Shown piece after piece: positions 15,260 to 24,262 of a stretch of 64,000 nucleotides of DNA. Source of the stretch: a virus; IMG/VR virus record IMGVR_UViG_3300025674_000015, one strand, 5' to 3'. The position numbers were made by a program, and so were the translations under genes. The notes beneath the pieces were generated by a model. It saw only the letters and a program-made list of their open reading frames with translations. It made no database searches and was not told the DNA's origin. How positions within the stretch are numbered: position 1 is the first letter of the stretch; the number at the start of each line of letters is the position of its first letter.

Positions 15260-16048
15260 ATGAAGATCACTAAATCAATTTTAAAAAGAATCATCAAGGA
15301 AGAGATCTTAAAAGAAATGATGGGTGGCAAGGAGCTTGCTCAAATCAGGCACTTAGCTAACCCTCCGGGAAATAAAAGCCTACTTAACATTTTGAAAGCC
15401 TATTATGCATTAGCCTCAATAGAAGATGCTAAAATGAGAAGTATGGCATATGATTATTTCATGAAACACTTTGGAAAGAGCGCTTTTGAAATAGCAAGGC
15501 AATATGATAATTATGGAAGAAGTGATAAGCCAAAACAAGACTTTACCGGTCTTGATCTTTCTGGCTTTGATCTTTCTGGTGGTATTTTTGGTTACGCTAA
15601 TTTCTCTGGTGCTAATCTGGAAGGTGCTAGCTTGAGAGGTGCATACTTGCACCTTGCAGATTTGACCGGTGCAAACTTGAAAGACGCAGACTTGACCGGC
15701 GCTGATCTTAATCGCACTGTTTTGTTTAAAACTGATTTCACCGGCGCTGACTTGACAAATTCATTCATGGTGAATCCTAAATTAAATGAAACCAATTTTA
15801 CAAATGCAAATCTAGCAAATGTTAATTTGCATCCAGCCGTCCAAGAAGGAGGGGTGCTCAAAGGAAGTATTTTTAAAGGTGTTAAATGGAATTCTGCAAC
15901 CTTGATTAACTCTCTTTGGTTCAGCAGCACTGGACCCATGAACCCAAGCGCTGAACGATTCTTGCAAGCCAACGAATTAGTTCAAACGGACGAAGTTGAG
16001 CAGGCTCTCTATCCCGTTCTTACTTTAGGAAAAGCGCTTTCAAATTAA
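15260..16048 (+). CDS. pentapeptide-repeat protein with conserved N-terminal leader
   Basis: MKITKSILKRIIKEEILKE; ANFSG/ANLEG/ADLTG repeats. Confidence 0.9.
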   Translation: MKITKSILKRIIKEEILKEMMGGKELAQIRHLANPPGNKSLLNILKAYYALASIEDAKMRSMAYDYFMKHFGKSAFEIARQYDNYGRSDKPKQDFTGLDLSGFDLSGGIFGYANFSGANLEGASLRGAYLHLADLTGANLKDADLTGADLNRTVLFKTDFTGADLTNSFMVNPKLNETNFTNANLANVNLHPAVQEGGVLKGSIFKGVKWNSATLINSLWFSSTGPMNPSAERFLQANELVQTDEVEQALYPVLTLGKALSN

Positions 16049-16058
16049 AGGAAAAAAA

Positions 16059-17117
16059 ATGAAGATTACTAAATCAATCTTGAAAAAGATCATCAAAGAA
16101 GAAATTCTTCGAGAATCTCTTGCTGTCAACGAAGCTATTCAAAAACTCAGACAACTTGCCCTAAATCCTAAAAAGTTGACTAACATTAAAAAAGCTTATT
16201 CGATAGTAAAAAAAATAAAGAAACAAGAACCCGAAAAGGGAAGTGTAGCGTACGACTACTTTATATCAAAGTTTGGAGAGGTTGGTCTTAAAATTGCCGA
16301 GCATCTTGCTGCTCGATGGAGTAAAAATAAACAAGCAATACTTGATTTAAGTGGAGAAGATTTAAGAGGGTACGACTTTGAAAACCTCCATAATAATAGA
16401 ACAATATTGATCTTCAAAGCTAGTGAGCCGCCGCGAGAAAGCGTAGGGAATGTGCCTCCCGAGCAAAGAAGGATATGGCCCGGGCGGACGTACGCCGCTG
16501 GTTATCCTGTGATAAACCATCCCTCGGCGAAGCTCGCAAAGTTGGTTAATTTTTCCAATGCCAACATGCAAGGCGCTGTCCTTGATAGAGCCTATCTGCA
16601 ATATGGAAGTCTTGAAGGGGCCAACTTGAATAATGCTTCTATGCTTAATGCTCAATTTAACTATTTAAATTTAAAAGGGGCAAAGCTTAACAACGCAAAA
16701 GCGAGCGTTATATATTGCACGGAAACGGATTTTTCTAATGCAGTTTTGAAAGGTGCCGAGCTCAACTCGGCATTGCTCTACCGCTCAAGCTTGAATAAAG
16801 CAGACTTATCTGGAGCAAATCTTGAACTAGCGAGCATGGAAAACATAAATGCTATAGGTGCAAATTTTTCTGGTGTATATGCTAAAGGATGCAAGTTTGA
16901 GGATTCAAACCTTTCTAATGCGGACTTTTCCAACGCAGACCTTACTGTAACTAACTTTGTACGTTCGAATATTGAAGGAGTTAATTTCACCGGAGCAAAA
17001 GGAATTCCGGTCGAAGTCAGCACTTTCAGACGTAGATTTGAGGGCGCGACATGGAACGATCAAACAATCTTCCCTGAAGATTTCGATCGATCAATCTTGG
17101 AAGTCCCAGAACAATAA
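16059..17117 (+). CDS. pentapeptide-repeat protein with conserved N-terminal leader
   Basis: MKITKSILKKIIKEEILRE; long pentapeptide tract; paralogue of 14265. Confidence 0.9.
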   Translation: MKITKSILKKIIKEEILRESLAVNEAIQKLRQLALNPKKLTNIKKAYSIVKKIKKQEPEKGSVAYDYFISKFGEVGLKIAEHLAARWSKNKQAILDLSGEDLRGYDFENLHNNRTILIFKASEPPRESVGNVPPEQRRIWPGRTYAAGYPVINHPSAKLAKLVNFSNANMQGAVLDRAYLQYGSLEGANLNNASMLNAQFNYLNLKGAKLNNAKASVIYCTETDFSNAVLKGAELNSALLYRSSLNKADLSGANLELASMENINAIGANFSGVYAKGCKFEDSNLSNADFSNADLTVTNFVRSNIEGVNFTGAKGIPVEVSTFRRRFEGATWNDQTIFPEDFDRSILEVPEQ

Positions 17118-17128
17118 AAGGAAAAAAA

Positions 17129-17839
17129 ATGAAAATCACCAAATCAATTTTCAAAAAGATCATTAGGGAAGAGATCCTCAAAGAGATGATGGGCGGCGAG
17201 AAATTTGCTCAAATCAGAGAACTATTTAGTTCTTCGGAGTATAAAAAGCTAGATAACATTTTGAAAGCCTATGAGATAGTAAACTCAATAGAAGATCCTA
17301 ATGAAAAAAGCCTAGCAAGTGACTATTTTATACAATATCTTGGAAAGGGCGCTTTTGAATTAGCAAATCGATATAGTAATCATGACCCCAAAAGTGGGGA
17401 AAAACTTGACTTATCCGGGTTGGACCTTTCTGGATTGGATTTCTCAGGTGCATACCTGAGAGGTGCAAACTTGAACGGTGCAAAATTGAGAAATGCTAAC
17501 CTTACCGGTGCAGACCTTATTAACTGTTTTTTGTTTGAAGCTGACCTCACCGGTGCTGACTTGACAAACTCATTCATGACAAATGTTAGATTAGATAAGA
17601 CTAATTTTACAAATGCAAATCTAGCAAATGTTCGCTTGCTCCCATTCCTCGGTCTCGAAGGAAGCATTTTTAAAGGAGCTAAATGGAATTCTAAAACCAT
17701 GATTAACAATTTTTGGTTCGGCAGCACTTATGTCAGACCACAGGCTGCACGATTCAGGGACGAAAACGAGTTGGTTCGAACGGACGAAGTAGGACCAATG
17801 GGTGCTCCTGACGATGCGGTTCTTTTGAGTGATCTTTAA
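17129..17839 (+). CDS. pentapeptide-repeat protein with conserved N-terminal leader
   Basis: MKITKSIFKKIIREEILKE; paralogue of 15260. Confidence 0.9.
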   Translation: MKITKSIFKKIIREEILKEMMGGEKFAQIRELFSSSEYKKLDNILKAYEIVNSIEDPNEKSLASDYFIQYLGKGAFELANRYSNHDPKSGEKLDLSGLDLSGLDFSGAYLRGANLNGAKLRNANLTGADLINCFLFEADLTGADLTNSFMTNVRLDKTNFTNANLANVRLLPFLGLEGSIFKGAKWNSKTMINNFWFGSTYVRPQAARFRDENELVRTDEVGPMGAPDDAVLLSDL

Positions 17840-17859
17840 AATAAAAGGAGAATATATAA

Positions 17860-18066
17860 ATGAAAATCACTAAAAAACTATTGAAAAAACTGATTCTAGA
17901 AGAACTTCAAAAAGAAGCGGTAGAAATGCCCCCTCCTTATTTGAAAGGAGAAAAGGTTAAAGATCCAGTGCCGCAGGAAGCATCCTTAGAAGAGAAGCTA
18001 GCCAAACTAACTTCCGAAGATCAAAATCTTGTCATGAAAATCCTCGATAGATTAAGCGCAAATTGA
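17860..18066 (+). CDS. small protein with conserved N-terminal leader
   Basis: MKITKKLLKKLILEELQKE; AAGGAG RBS. Confidence 0.8.
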   Translation: MKITKKLLKKLILEELQKEAVEMPPPYLKGEKVKDPVPQEASLEEKLAKLTSEDQNLVMKILDRLSAN

Positions 18067-18078
18067 AATTGTTTTGAC

Positions 18079-18086
18079 CTATTTAT
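18079..18086 (+). promoter_or_regulatory. putative late promoter CTATTTAT
   Basis: Context TTTGACCTATTTATAnTAAACAAAAA duplicated from 13459-13484. Confidence 0.6.
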
Positions 18087-18109
18087 AATAAACAAAAAAG
18101 GCGCTCCCA

Positions 18110-18712
18110 ATGAAAATTAGAAAATCAACTTTAAAAAAAATCATCAAAGAAGAGATCCTTCGAGAAAGTGAATACATGGATTACAAAGAAAGAGATCCTG
18201 CCAACCCACGAGGCTTCTACAACGTTATGATTGATGATGATCGGCTTCAAAAACTTCGCCTCTTTTTTTCTGGTGGGGATATAAAAACACTTGTAAACTT
18301 GACAGACATAGAGAAGAATTACATTATGCATATGCAAGGAGAGACTCCGGAAGTCAGAAAATACTTCAGTTCCACCTATCCGTTTCTTGAATTTCCTTTT
18401 GACGCAGTTTGGACAATACGTCTGGCTTGGAATGACTTTGTCGAAGAAGAGAAACTAAGAGAAATTCCTGATTTGAAAGAAAAAATTGAGAATCATGGCC
18501 TAGAGAGGGGTTCTCAAAACAGGTTGCGCATTGGAACAATGGGGTCTATCTATACCGGTAAAGGGGGCGACTACCTTTACGACTATATCAGAAGAAATAA
18601 ACTTTTGCCTAAATTGAAAGCAAAAATGTTCGACTATCTTAAAAGGTATACCAACCCATCAGAAATACCAAAAACAAAAAGATTAACACTAAGAAGAGGA
18701 ATCGATAGGTAA
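18110..18712 (+). CDS. leader-bearing protein; N-terminal ~50 aa paralogous to 13495, unrelated C-terminus
   Basis: MKIRKSTLKKIIKEEILRESEYM...RGFYNVMIDDDRL. Confidence 0.85.
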   Translation: MKIRKSTLKKIIKEEILRESEYMDYKERDPANPRGFYNVMIDDDRLQKLRLFFSGGDIKTLVNLTDIEKNYIMHMQGETPEVRKYFSSTYPFLEFPFDAVWTIRLAWNDFVEEEKLREIPDLKEKIENHGLERGSQNRLRIGTMGSIYTGKGGDYLYDYIRRNKLLPKLKAKMFDYLKRYTNPSEIPKTKRLTLRRGIDR

Positions 18713-19533
18713 TGAAAATCACTAAATCAAAACTAATCAAAATCATCAAAGAAGAGATTCTCAAAGAGATGACACAATCTTCACATATGAGCCCGGGCTC
18801 CCGGCTAGCCCTAGATATGACAGATCGAGAGCGCATAGCTCACATCAGACAAGCTTTAGCTGACAACAAGCCAATTCCTTATATGCTTAAACCACTTAAA
18901 CCTATAGAGTTGGCTCTTGTTAAAGCAAATTTAGAAAAAGATATACCAAATGATCGATTGGAACAAATTCAAAAATATTTTGAAGATGGTGATGTTTTCG
19001 TTCCGGAGACACCATTCACAGAAGTGGAAGAAAAATATATTAATATACTTGACAAAGAGCCAAAGTACAAAAACCTTAAGGCAAAAGGGGTAACAGGAGA
19101 ATGGGCTCAAGGTTTGTCTAGAGGTCGATACCTTCTTGGGGTAGATAAAAATAAAGAATCATTTCTTTATCAGATTCACAATACTGATGCGTACGAAGGG
19201 GTGCCTCCAAATTTTCGAGGGCTGCAACCGCCAATTTCAAAAAGAGAAAACAAGACAAAATACATTGATGCAATTGTTTGGGAATTTTTGCAAAGCTTTA
19301 AACACTATGGCCGTTTTTACCCATGGATGTTTGATGAAAGAGATAACTTTCTAAAAGCAGTGGAGCCTGCCGCTTCTGAAATGTCTTCGAAAGAAAAAGT
19401 GAAAGCTTTTGAACGATATATTAGAGATTATTATTACAGACAAAGCCGTCGTCAAAGAGCGCCTCATATTCAAGGAAAAGATGGAGAAGAAGAAGAGCTA
19501 ATTCAGGCTATTCGAAGATCTTCCCCTAATTGA
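18712..19533 (+). CDS. leader-bearing hypothetical protein
   Basis: MKITKSKLIKIIKEEILKE; two copies of a (D/E)R(L/I)xxI module. Confidence 0.85.
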   Translation: MKITKSKLIKIIKEEILKEMTQSSHMSPGSRLALDMTDRERIAHIRQALADNKPIPYMLKPLKPIELALVKANLEKDIPNDRLEQIQKYFEDGDVFVPETPFTEVEEKYINILDKEPKYKNLKAKGVTGEWAQGLSRGRYLLGVDKNKESFLYQIHNTDAYEGVPPNFRGLQPPISKRENKTKYIDAIVWEFLQSFKHYGRFYPWMFDERDNFLKAVEPAASEMSSKEKVKAFERYIRDYYYRQSRRQRAPHIQGKDGEEEELIQAIRRSSPN

Positions 19534-19549
19534 GCCACAAGCTTCACTT

Positions 19550-20320
19550 CTAAGGACACCATTGCGAGCCCTTAAAAGGGCATTTAAGGCACGATGTCTT
19601 CTTTTTTGGATAGAACCCCTTCTCAATAAAGTGAACGGCCTTATTGAGCCCTTCTAGGGCGTTCTTCATCTTCCTATCACCAGTTGTTATTCTTACAAAC
19701 TCTACTTGGTCTTTCTTTGCAGTTCTTTTTAAGAGCGCAAAGAAGCATTCAATCATTTTTGGATCAATTTGAAGCTTTTCAGCAATGAACTTTTTGTAAA
19801 AAACCAACTGATATCCTGTAATCTTGTCTGATTTTCTTCTTGCATCCCATCCCCAAGAACATGTTTTCCAATCAATGATGTAATACTTACCAGTTTTTGG
19901 ATTTTTTAAGATCAGATCCACAAATCCTTTGAATTTTAAGTTAGTTCCTTCAATGTTTTCATAAAGATCCATCTCTGTTTGAACAACTTCGCAACCTTCA
20001 AAGACTTTTTTAAGCTCTGGAATGCAAATTGGAGCTAATTTTTTGCCTTGTTCCATGAAAACATCCAAATCTTTTTCAACTTTTAGGTCTTCATCAAGAC
20101 CTTCCCACTCTTTTTGGAAGGATTGTGAGAAATTTTGAGCTTCTTCGCCGGTTTTCCACTCATTTAGAAGCGTTTTTTCACAAACTTCGTGGATTGCTGT
20201 TCCAAAAGCAGTGAAAATATTGCCCGTGAAGCCTTTTTGACCGTCAATGTATTCGATCTTGAAGCGATGAGGGCACTCATCCCAAATTTTGAACCCTGAA
20301 AATGAAATATGCTGAACCAT
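19550..20320 (-). CDS. PD-(D/E)XK nuclease, Cas4/RecB(AddB)-like with putative Fe-S cysteines
   Basis: HISFS..ECP, FGTAIHE, GFVDL..IIDWKT, YQLVFY, C-terminal CLKCPF....WC; start reassigned to 20320 (GGAG RBS). Confidence 0.88.
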   Translation of the reverse strand: MVQHISFSGFKIWDECPHRFKIEYIDGQKGFTGNIFTAFGTAIHEVCEKTLLNEWKTGEEAQNFSQSFQKEWEGLDEDLKVEKDLDVFMEQGKKLAPICIPELKKVFEGCEVVQTEMDLYENIEGTNLKFKGFVDLILKNPKTGKYYIIDWKTCSWGWDARRKSDKITGYQLVFYKKFIAEKLQIDPKMIECFFALLKRTAKKDQVEFVRITTGDRKMKNALEGLNKAVHFIEKGFYPKKKTSCLKCPFKGSQWCP

Positions 20321-20342
20321 TTTGGTCTCCTTTGTGTTTGTT

Positions 20343-20876
20343 TTATCTTTTGAGAATGTGCTTGTATCTTTTTCTAGCAATTTGCTTGTCTTTTTTGAAA
20401 ATTCTGAAATGTGGAGAATGTGGATTCATTACAGAATAGTAAGTTTTTCTGTGATCAAACCCCAAGGCATGCCCCAACTCATGTAAAAGAACTTTTTTGA
20501 ACTTTCTTCGCCTTCTTTTCCAATTGTAAGTGATTCCGTTAACAAATATTTCAGCCCTTACAATAATATTATCACCGACAGTTGTTACTTCGGCTTCTGC
20601 ATGCGCAATTTTTGTTACTAAAAGTTGAGATAAGGACGTGATAAAGCAAATTTTAATGTCTGCTTTTTCTTTGCTTTCATGTGTTACAGTTAATTCTAAT
20701 CCGGTGACTTTGGACCACTTTTTTGCAGCCTTTTTCAAGGTTGGAATCTCATGCTTAAAGTTGGGACAAGCCCAAATGATCAGACTTTTCTTTATCCAAG
20801 TTTCTTGTGAAGCTTGGGCAAAACCAAAGTGAAATGCTGTTATAGTGAAAATCGCGATTTTTAAAAAGTTTGTCAT
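20343..20876 (-). CDS. matrixin-like (M10) zinc metalloprotease with signal peptide
   Basis: HELGHALGFDH plus Met-turn SVM; N-terminal signal sequence. Confidence 0.88.
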   Translation of the reverse strand: MTNFLKIAIFTITAFHFGFAQASQETWIKKSLIIWACPNFKHEIPTLKKAAKKWSKVTGLELTVTHESKEKADIKICFITSLSQLLVTKIAHAEAEVTTVGDNIIVRAEIFVNGITYNWKRRRRKFKKVLLHELGHALGFDHRKTYYSVMNPHSPHFRIFKKDKQIARKRYKHILKR

Positions 20877-20920
20877 TGTGTCCTCCTTGTTTGATCTTCA
20901 AACTATTTATTTATGATTAA

Positions 20921-20949
20921 ATTATAGCAAATTTAAATTGAAAAGTCAA
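20921..20949 (-). promoter_or_regulatory. sigma70 promoter TTGACT-17-TATAAT (extended -10) for the protease-nuclease operon
   Basis: Reverse complement of ATTATAGCA...AGTCAA; faces a + strand CTATTTAT at 20903-20910. Confidence 0.7.
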
Positions 20950-20970
20950 TCATTTTTTGGAGATTATTTT

Positions 20971-22041
20971 ATGGCAACGGTAGCTCAGTTAGAAAAAAAA
21001 CTTAAACAAGAAAATCAAAAACTAGAAAAAGAATGGTCTAGTATTGTTTATTATTCAAATTCAACTGCAAACGGAAGGCTCTTAAACGAGAACACTAGGC
21101 GAGCATTAGTTAAATGGTGGAAAAATGAAAATTTAAAATGTTTCATGGCACCACAAGAAAGAACGGAACTTTGGAATCAGATCGTCCCAGTTAGCCAACT
21201 TATGTCTAGAGATGGCGAGAAAGAATTAAAAAAAGACATTCAAAAATTGGGAGACATGTCTAAATTAAATAACAAAGTCGCTAATCGAAAGAAGAAAATT
21301 GATGCCATGGCTAAAAAAGAAAAAAATCCAAAAACAAAAAAACAACTAACAAAAATTGGAGTGGCCCTTTCTTATCTTTTGGCTTTCTTTGCAAAATTCA
21401 AATCCGCAATCAAGAACTTCTTAACTTGGATCGCGACTAGTCCCGCCTTGGAAGGTGTTCGTAAAGTTGGAAAAAAAGCTTTTGTTTTGTATGATATTGT
21501 CTCATATGTTTGGATTTTCTTTAAAGCAAAAACAAAAGGCTTGAGTAACTTTCAATCAATTGTTTATACCTTTATAGATAAGATCGACAGTATATTATTT
21601 TATGGCGGAATGGCAGTGGGTGTTGCCGCCGCTGCTGCGGGTTCGGGCCCCGCAGCCGCAATTGCCGGAGCCGCTTCGATTGCCAGCTGGGTTATTTTTG
21701 GAATTAAAATGATATATGGCTTTTTTAAGTCTAATAAAAAGCGAGATTTAATTGAAAATGCGATCTTGACCACATCTGCCGACATTGATTCAATCTTTGG
21801 AAGTAATTTCTTAAAAAAGAAAAAGTTTGAAACAACATGTAATGTTGTAACAAGGTGGGAAGCTTCCGGCGGTGACAACGCAAAAAATCAAATTATTGAC
21901 AAAATCTATCGCTCTAGAATGGCCCGGAAAAGATTAGAATTTGTTTTAGACAAAGTTGAAAAAGTAAACTCACAAGTTAATCAAAAAATCGACAAAGCTT
22001 TGAAGGCTGGAAATTACGATGAAGCCATCGATTTGATGTGA
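20971..22041 (+). CDS. hypothetical protein with Ala/Gly-rich hydrophobic segment
   Basis: Start reassigned to ATG 20971 behind GGAG; GGMAVGVAAAAAGSGPAAAIAGAASIASWVIFGI segment. Confidence 0.75.
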   Translation: MATVAQLEKKLKQENQKLEKEWSSIVYYSNSTANGRLLNENTRRALVKWWKNENLKCFMAPQERTELWNQIVPVSQLMSRDGEKELKKDIQKLGDMSKLNNKVANRKKKIDAMAKKEKNPKTKKQLTKIGVALSYLLAFFAKFKSAIKNFLTWIATSPALEGVRKVGKKAFVLYDIVSYVWIFFKAKTKGLSNFQSIVYTFIDKIDSILFYGGMAVGVAAAAAGSGPAAAIAGAASIASWVIFGIKMIYGFFKSNKKRDLIENAILTTSADIDSIFGSNFLKKKKFETTCNVVTRWEASGGDNAKNQIIDKIYRSRMARKRLEFVLDKVEKVNSQVNQKIDKALKAGNYDEAIDLM

Positions 22042-22060
22042 AATTAAATTGGAGAATAAG

Positions 22061-23164
22061 ATGAATATAGCAAAAAAACAACTTCACGAGATTGTTTTAA
22101 ATCAATTAACTCTAGAGTCTCGCGTGATCATAGAAGCAAATAGAGCAGCGCTAATCGCAAGGCTTTTAGATCGTTTTAAGGTAAATAGATTAGATGAAAT
22201 TCCAATTACAAAAATTCCGGATAAGTTTAGAGCTCTTTTTGCCAGATTAAAGAACACATCTGTAGATAGCCCGGAACGCCAACAGATCGCCCAGACGCTG
22301 GCCCTAGTCAATCGACCCAGACAACCCGGTGTTTCGCTGCCGGAGCTGCCAGCTAATATAACTGGGCCCGACGCTGCCACCGCCCAAGCTCTAAGCAGGT
22401 GGGCTGGTGCTAGCAAGGTGATGAAAGTATTCGAATTTAGCAAACAGGGCGCTGTCAATTTTTTTAAATGGCTGATAAAACACCGCGAAACATGGGCACG
22501 AATAAAAAAAACATACGACCTTCGATCCAGAAGTTTGATTCAGAAGACTATTGGACGATTTTTTAAGACGGGCGAAGATCTGCATACACTTAGAAGTCAA
22601 CTTCGGAACGAGCTCGTAGAGTTAACAAATTTGATCGGTCCAAATAGACCATATCAATTCAAACGAGCAGCAACACGCCTGCCTCAATTTCTTAAGGCAG
22701 ACCGCGTTGGCGAGGGCGCTGAAGCTGCTGCAAGAAACCTTTTTATAGACATGACAGACGAACAATGGAGGATTCTTTGGTCCAAGCACGAAAACTTCGC
22801 GCAGGGTTTGAAAGACTACAAAAACTTAAGACCAGCCCTTAAAGATGCAAAAGACAAAGCGCTCAATTTTTTTAAAAATACCACTATCTTTGCAACTCTT
22901 TTCGCTATTACAATTGCGACATTTTTTCAAAGCTTTTGGTCTGGAAAAACTGTTGAACAAATTGCCGGCTTGATTAAAAGTGTTTTATGTAAATTTGGTT
23001 TCAAAGCCTTCTTTGGCGAAAACATATGCACATTGTCTAAGATAAAAGCAACAAATTTGCAAAATAAAATCAAAGGTACTACGAATTTAGATAAAATGAC
23101 CTCAAAACAACGAGATAAGTGGTATAAAAAAATTCTCAAAGATAATGAATGGTATCAAAAATGA
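22061..23164 (+). CDS. hypothetical protein with leader-like N-terminus and C-terminal hydrophobic helix
   Basis: MNIAKKQLHEIVLNQLTLE; GGAG RBS; TIFATLFAITIATFF. Confidence 0.75.
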   Translation: MNIAKKQLHEIVLNQLTLESRVIIEANRAALIARLLDRFKVNRLDEIPITKIPDKFRALFARLKNTSVDSPERQQIAQTLALVNRPRQPGVSLPELPANITGPDAATAQALSRWAGASKVMKVFEFSKQGAVNFFKWLIKHRETWARIKKTYDLRSRSLIQKTIGRFFKTGEDLHTLRSQLRNELVELTNLIGPNRPYQFKRAATRLPQFLKADRVGEGAEAAARNLFIDMTDEQWRILWSKHENFAQGLKDYKNLRPALKDAKDKALNFFKNTTIFATLFAITIATFFQSFWSGKTVEQIAGLIKSVLCKFGFKAFFGENICTLSKIKATNLQNKIKGTTNLDKMTSKQRDKWYKKILKDNEWYQK

Positions 23165-23955
23165 AAAGCAAACTACTAATCGAAAGCTTTTTTTATTCAA
23201 TTGAAGACATGAAACCTTCTGATCGACTTTATGATAAAGTATGGCAAGAAGGCTCCAACCTTCTAAAGCCAGAAATAAGAAAAAAGCTGCTTCAAATTGC
23301 TTTGGATTTTGTAAAGCAGTTTAACTTAAAAAGAATGGAAGTAGTCGATATTACCTTTACAGGCTCTTTGGCGAACTACAACTGGACTCCAACGTCAGAT
23401 ATTGACCTTCATGTCATCTTAGATTTTAAAAACATTGACGAAAATCCAAGTTTGGCTAAAAATTACTTTGCAACAAAAGCAAAACTTTGGAACTTAATGC
23501 ACGATATCAAAATTTTCAATCATGATGTTGAAATTTATGTTCAAGATCTTGCTGAACCTCATGCCTCAACAGGGATTTATTCTGTTTTTCGAAACAAATG
23601 GAACAAATTTCCAATGAAAAAAACACCAGAGATTGATGTTCCGGGAGTTCGAAAAAAAGTTGACCATCTTTCTGATCTGATCAACGAAGTTGAAAACCTT
23701 TTTTATCAACAAGAGTACGACATGGCTAATGATTTGGCCAAAAAAGTGCAAAAAAAGATAAGAAATTATCGAAAATGCGGCCTCAAAAAAGTTGGCGAAT
23801 ACTCGATTGAAAACTTAGCCTTCAAATTGCTAAGAAAAAATGGGTTTATCGACAAGTTGTATGACATCAGAACGAAATCATATGACAAATTAATGTCCCT
23901 TAACCCAGCAAAAAGAGATTTTGCTGATTTTATGAGAAAGATCCATGCGAAATGA
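23161..23955 (+). CDS. Pol-beta-superfamily nucleotidyltransferase
   Basis: FTGSLANYNW..SDIDLHV (hGS...DxD), third acid in DVEIYVQ; GEYSIENLAFKLLR; ATGA overlap start. Confidence 0.8.
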   Translation: MKSKLLIESFFYSIEDMKPSDRLYDKVWQEGSNLLKPEIRKKLLQIALDFVKQFNLKRMEVVDITFTGSLANYNWTPTSDIDLHVILDFKNIDENPSLAKNYFATKAKLWNLMHDIKIFNHDVEIYVQDLAEPHASTGIYSVFRNKWNKFPMKKTPEIDVPGVRKKVDHLSDLINEVENLFYQQEYDMANDLAKKVQKKIRNYRKCGLKKVGEYSIENLAFKLLRKNGFIDKLYDIRTKSYDKLMSLNPAKRDFADFMRKIHAK

Positions 23956-24253
23956 AAAAATATCTTCTATTTTGGTTTATTTTACTTTAGTTTTCAATGT
24001 AATTGACATATTTGTGACAATTTTCTTCATAAAATATGGAAAATATCAAGAAAATAACCCAATTATGAATTATTTTCTCAAAATGGATGGTATCATGCCT
24101 TTTATTTTGACAAAAACGATCTTAGTTGGGGGCGGAGCTTATCTTCTTTTTAAATATAAGTCAAAATTAGCGGCTCAGATCGGATCTTATGTTTGTTTTT
24201 GCTTTTATTGGGCTTTGGTTGTTCAGTTTTTCTTCTTTTTAACCTTAAAATGA
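23945..24253 (+). CDS. small membrane protein (DUF5658-like)
   Basis: Three hydrophobic helices, N.ID...T and ENNPIM motif. Confidence 0.65.
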   Translation: MRNEKISSILVYFTLVFNVIDIFVTIFFIKYGKYQENNPIMNYFLKMDGIMPFILTKTILVGGGAYLLFKYKSKLAAQIGSYVCFCFYWALVVQFFFFLTLK

Positions 24254-24262
24254 GGGATTCTC

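Noticed and set aside
13495-17839. Diversity-generating retroelement acting on the paralogues
   Set aside because: No reverse transcriptase in the window, and differences between copies are not adenine-specific.
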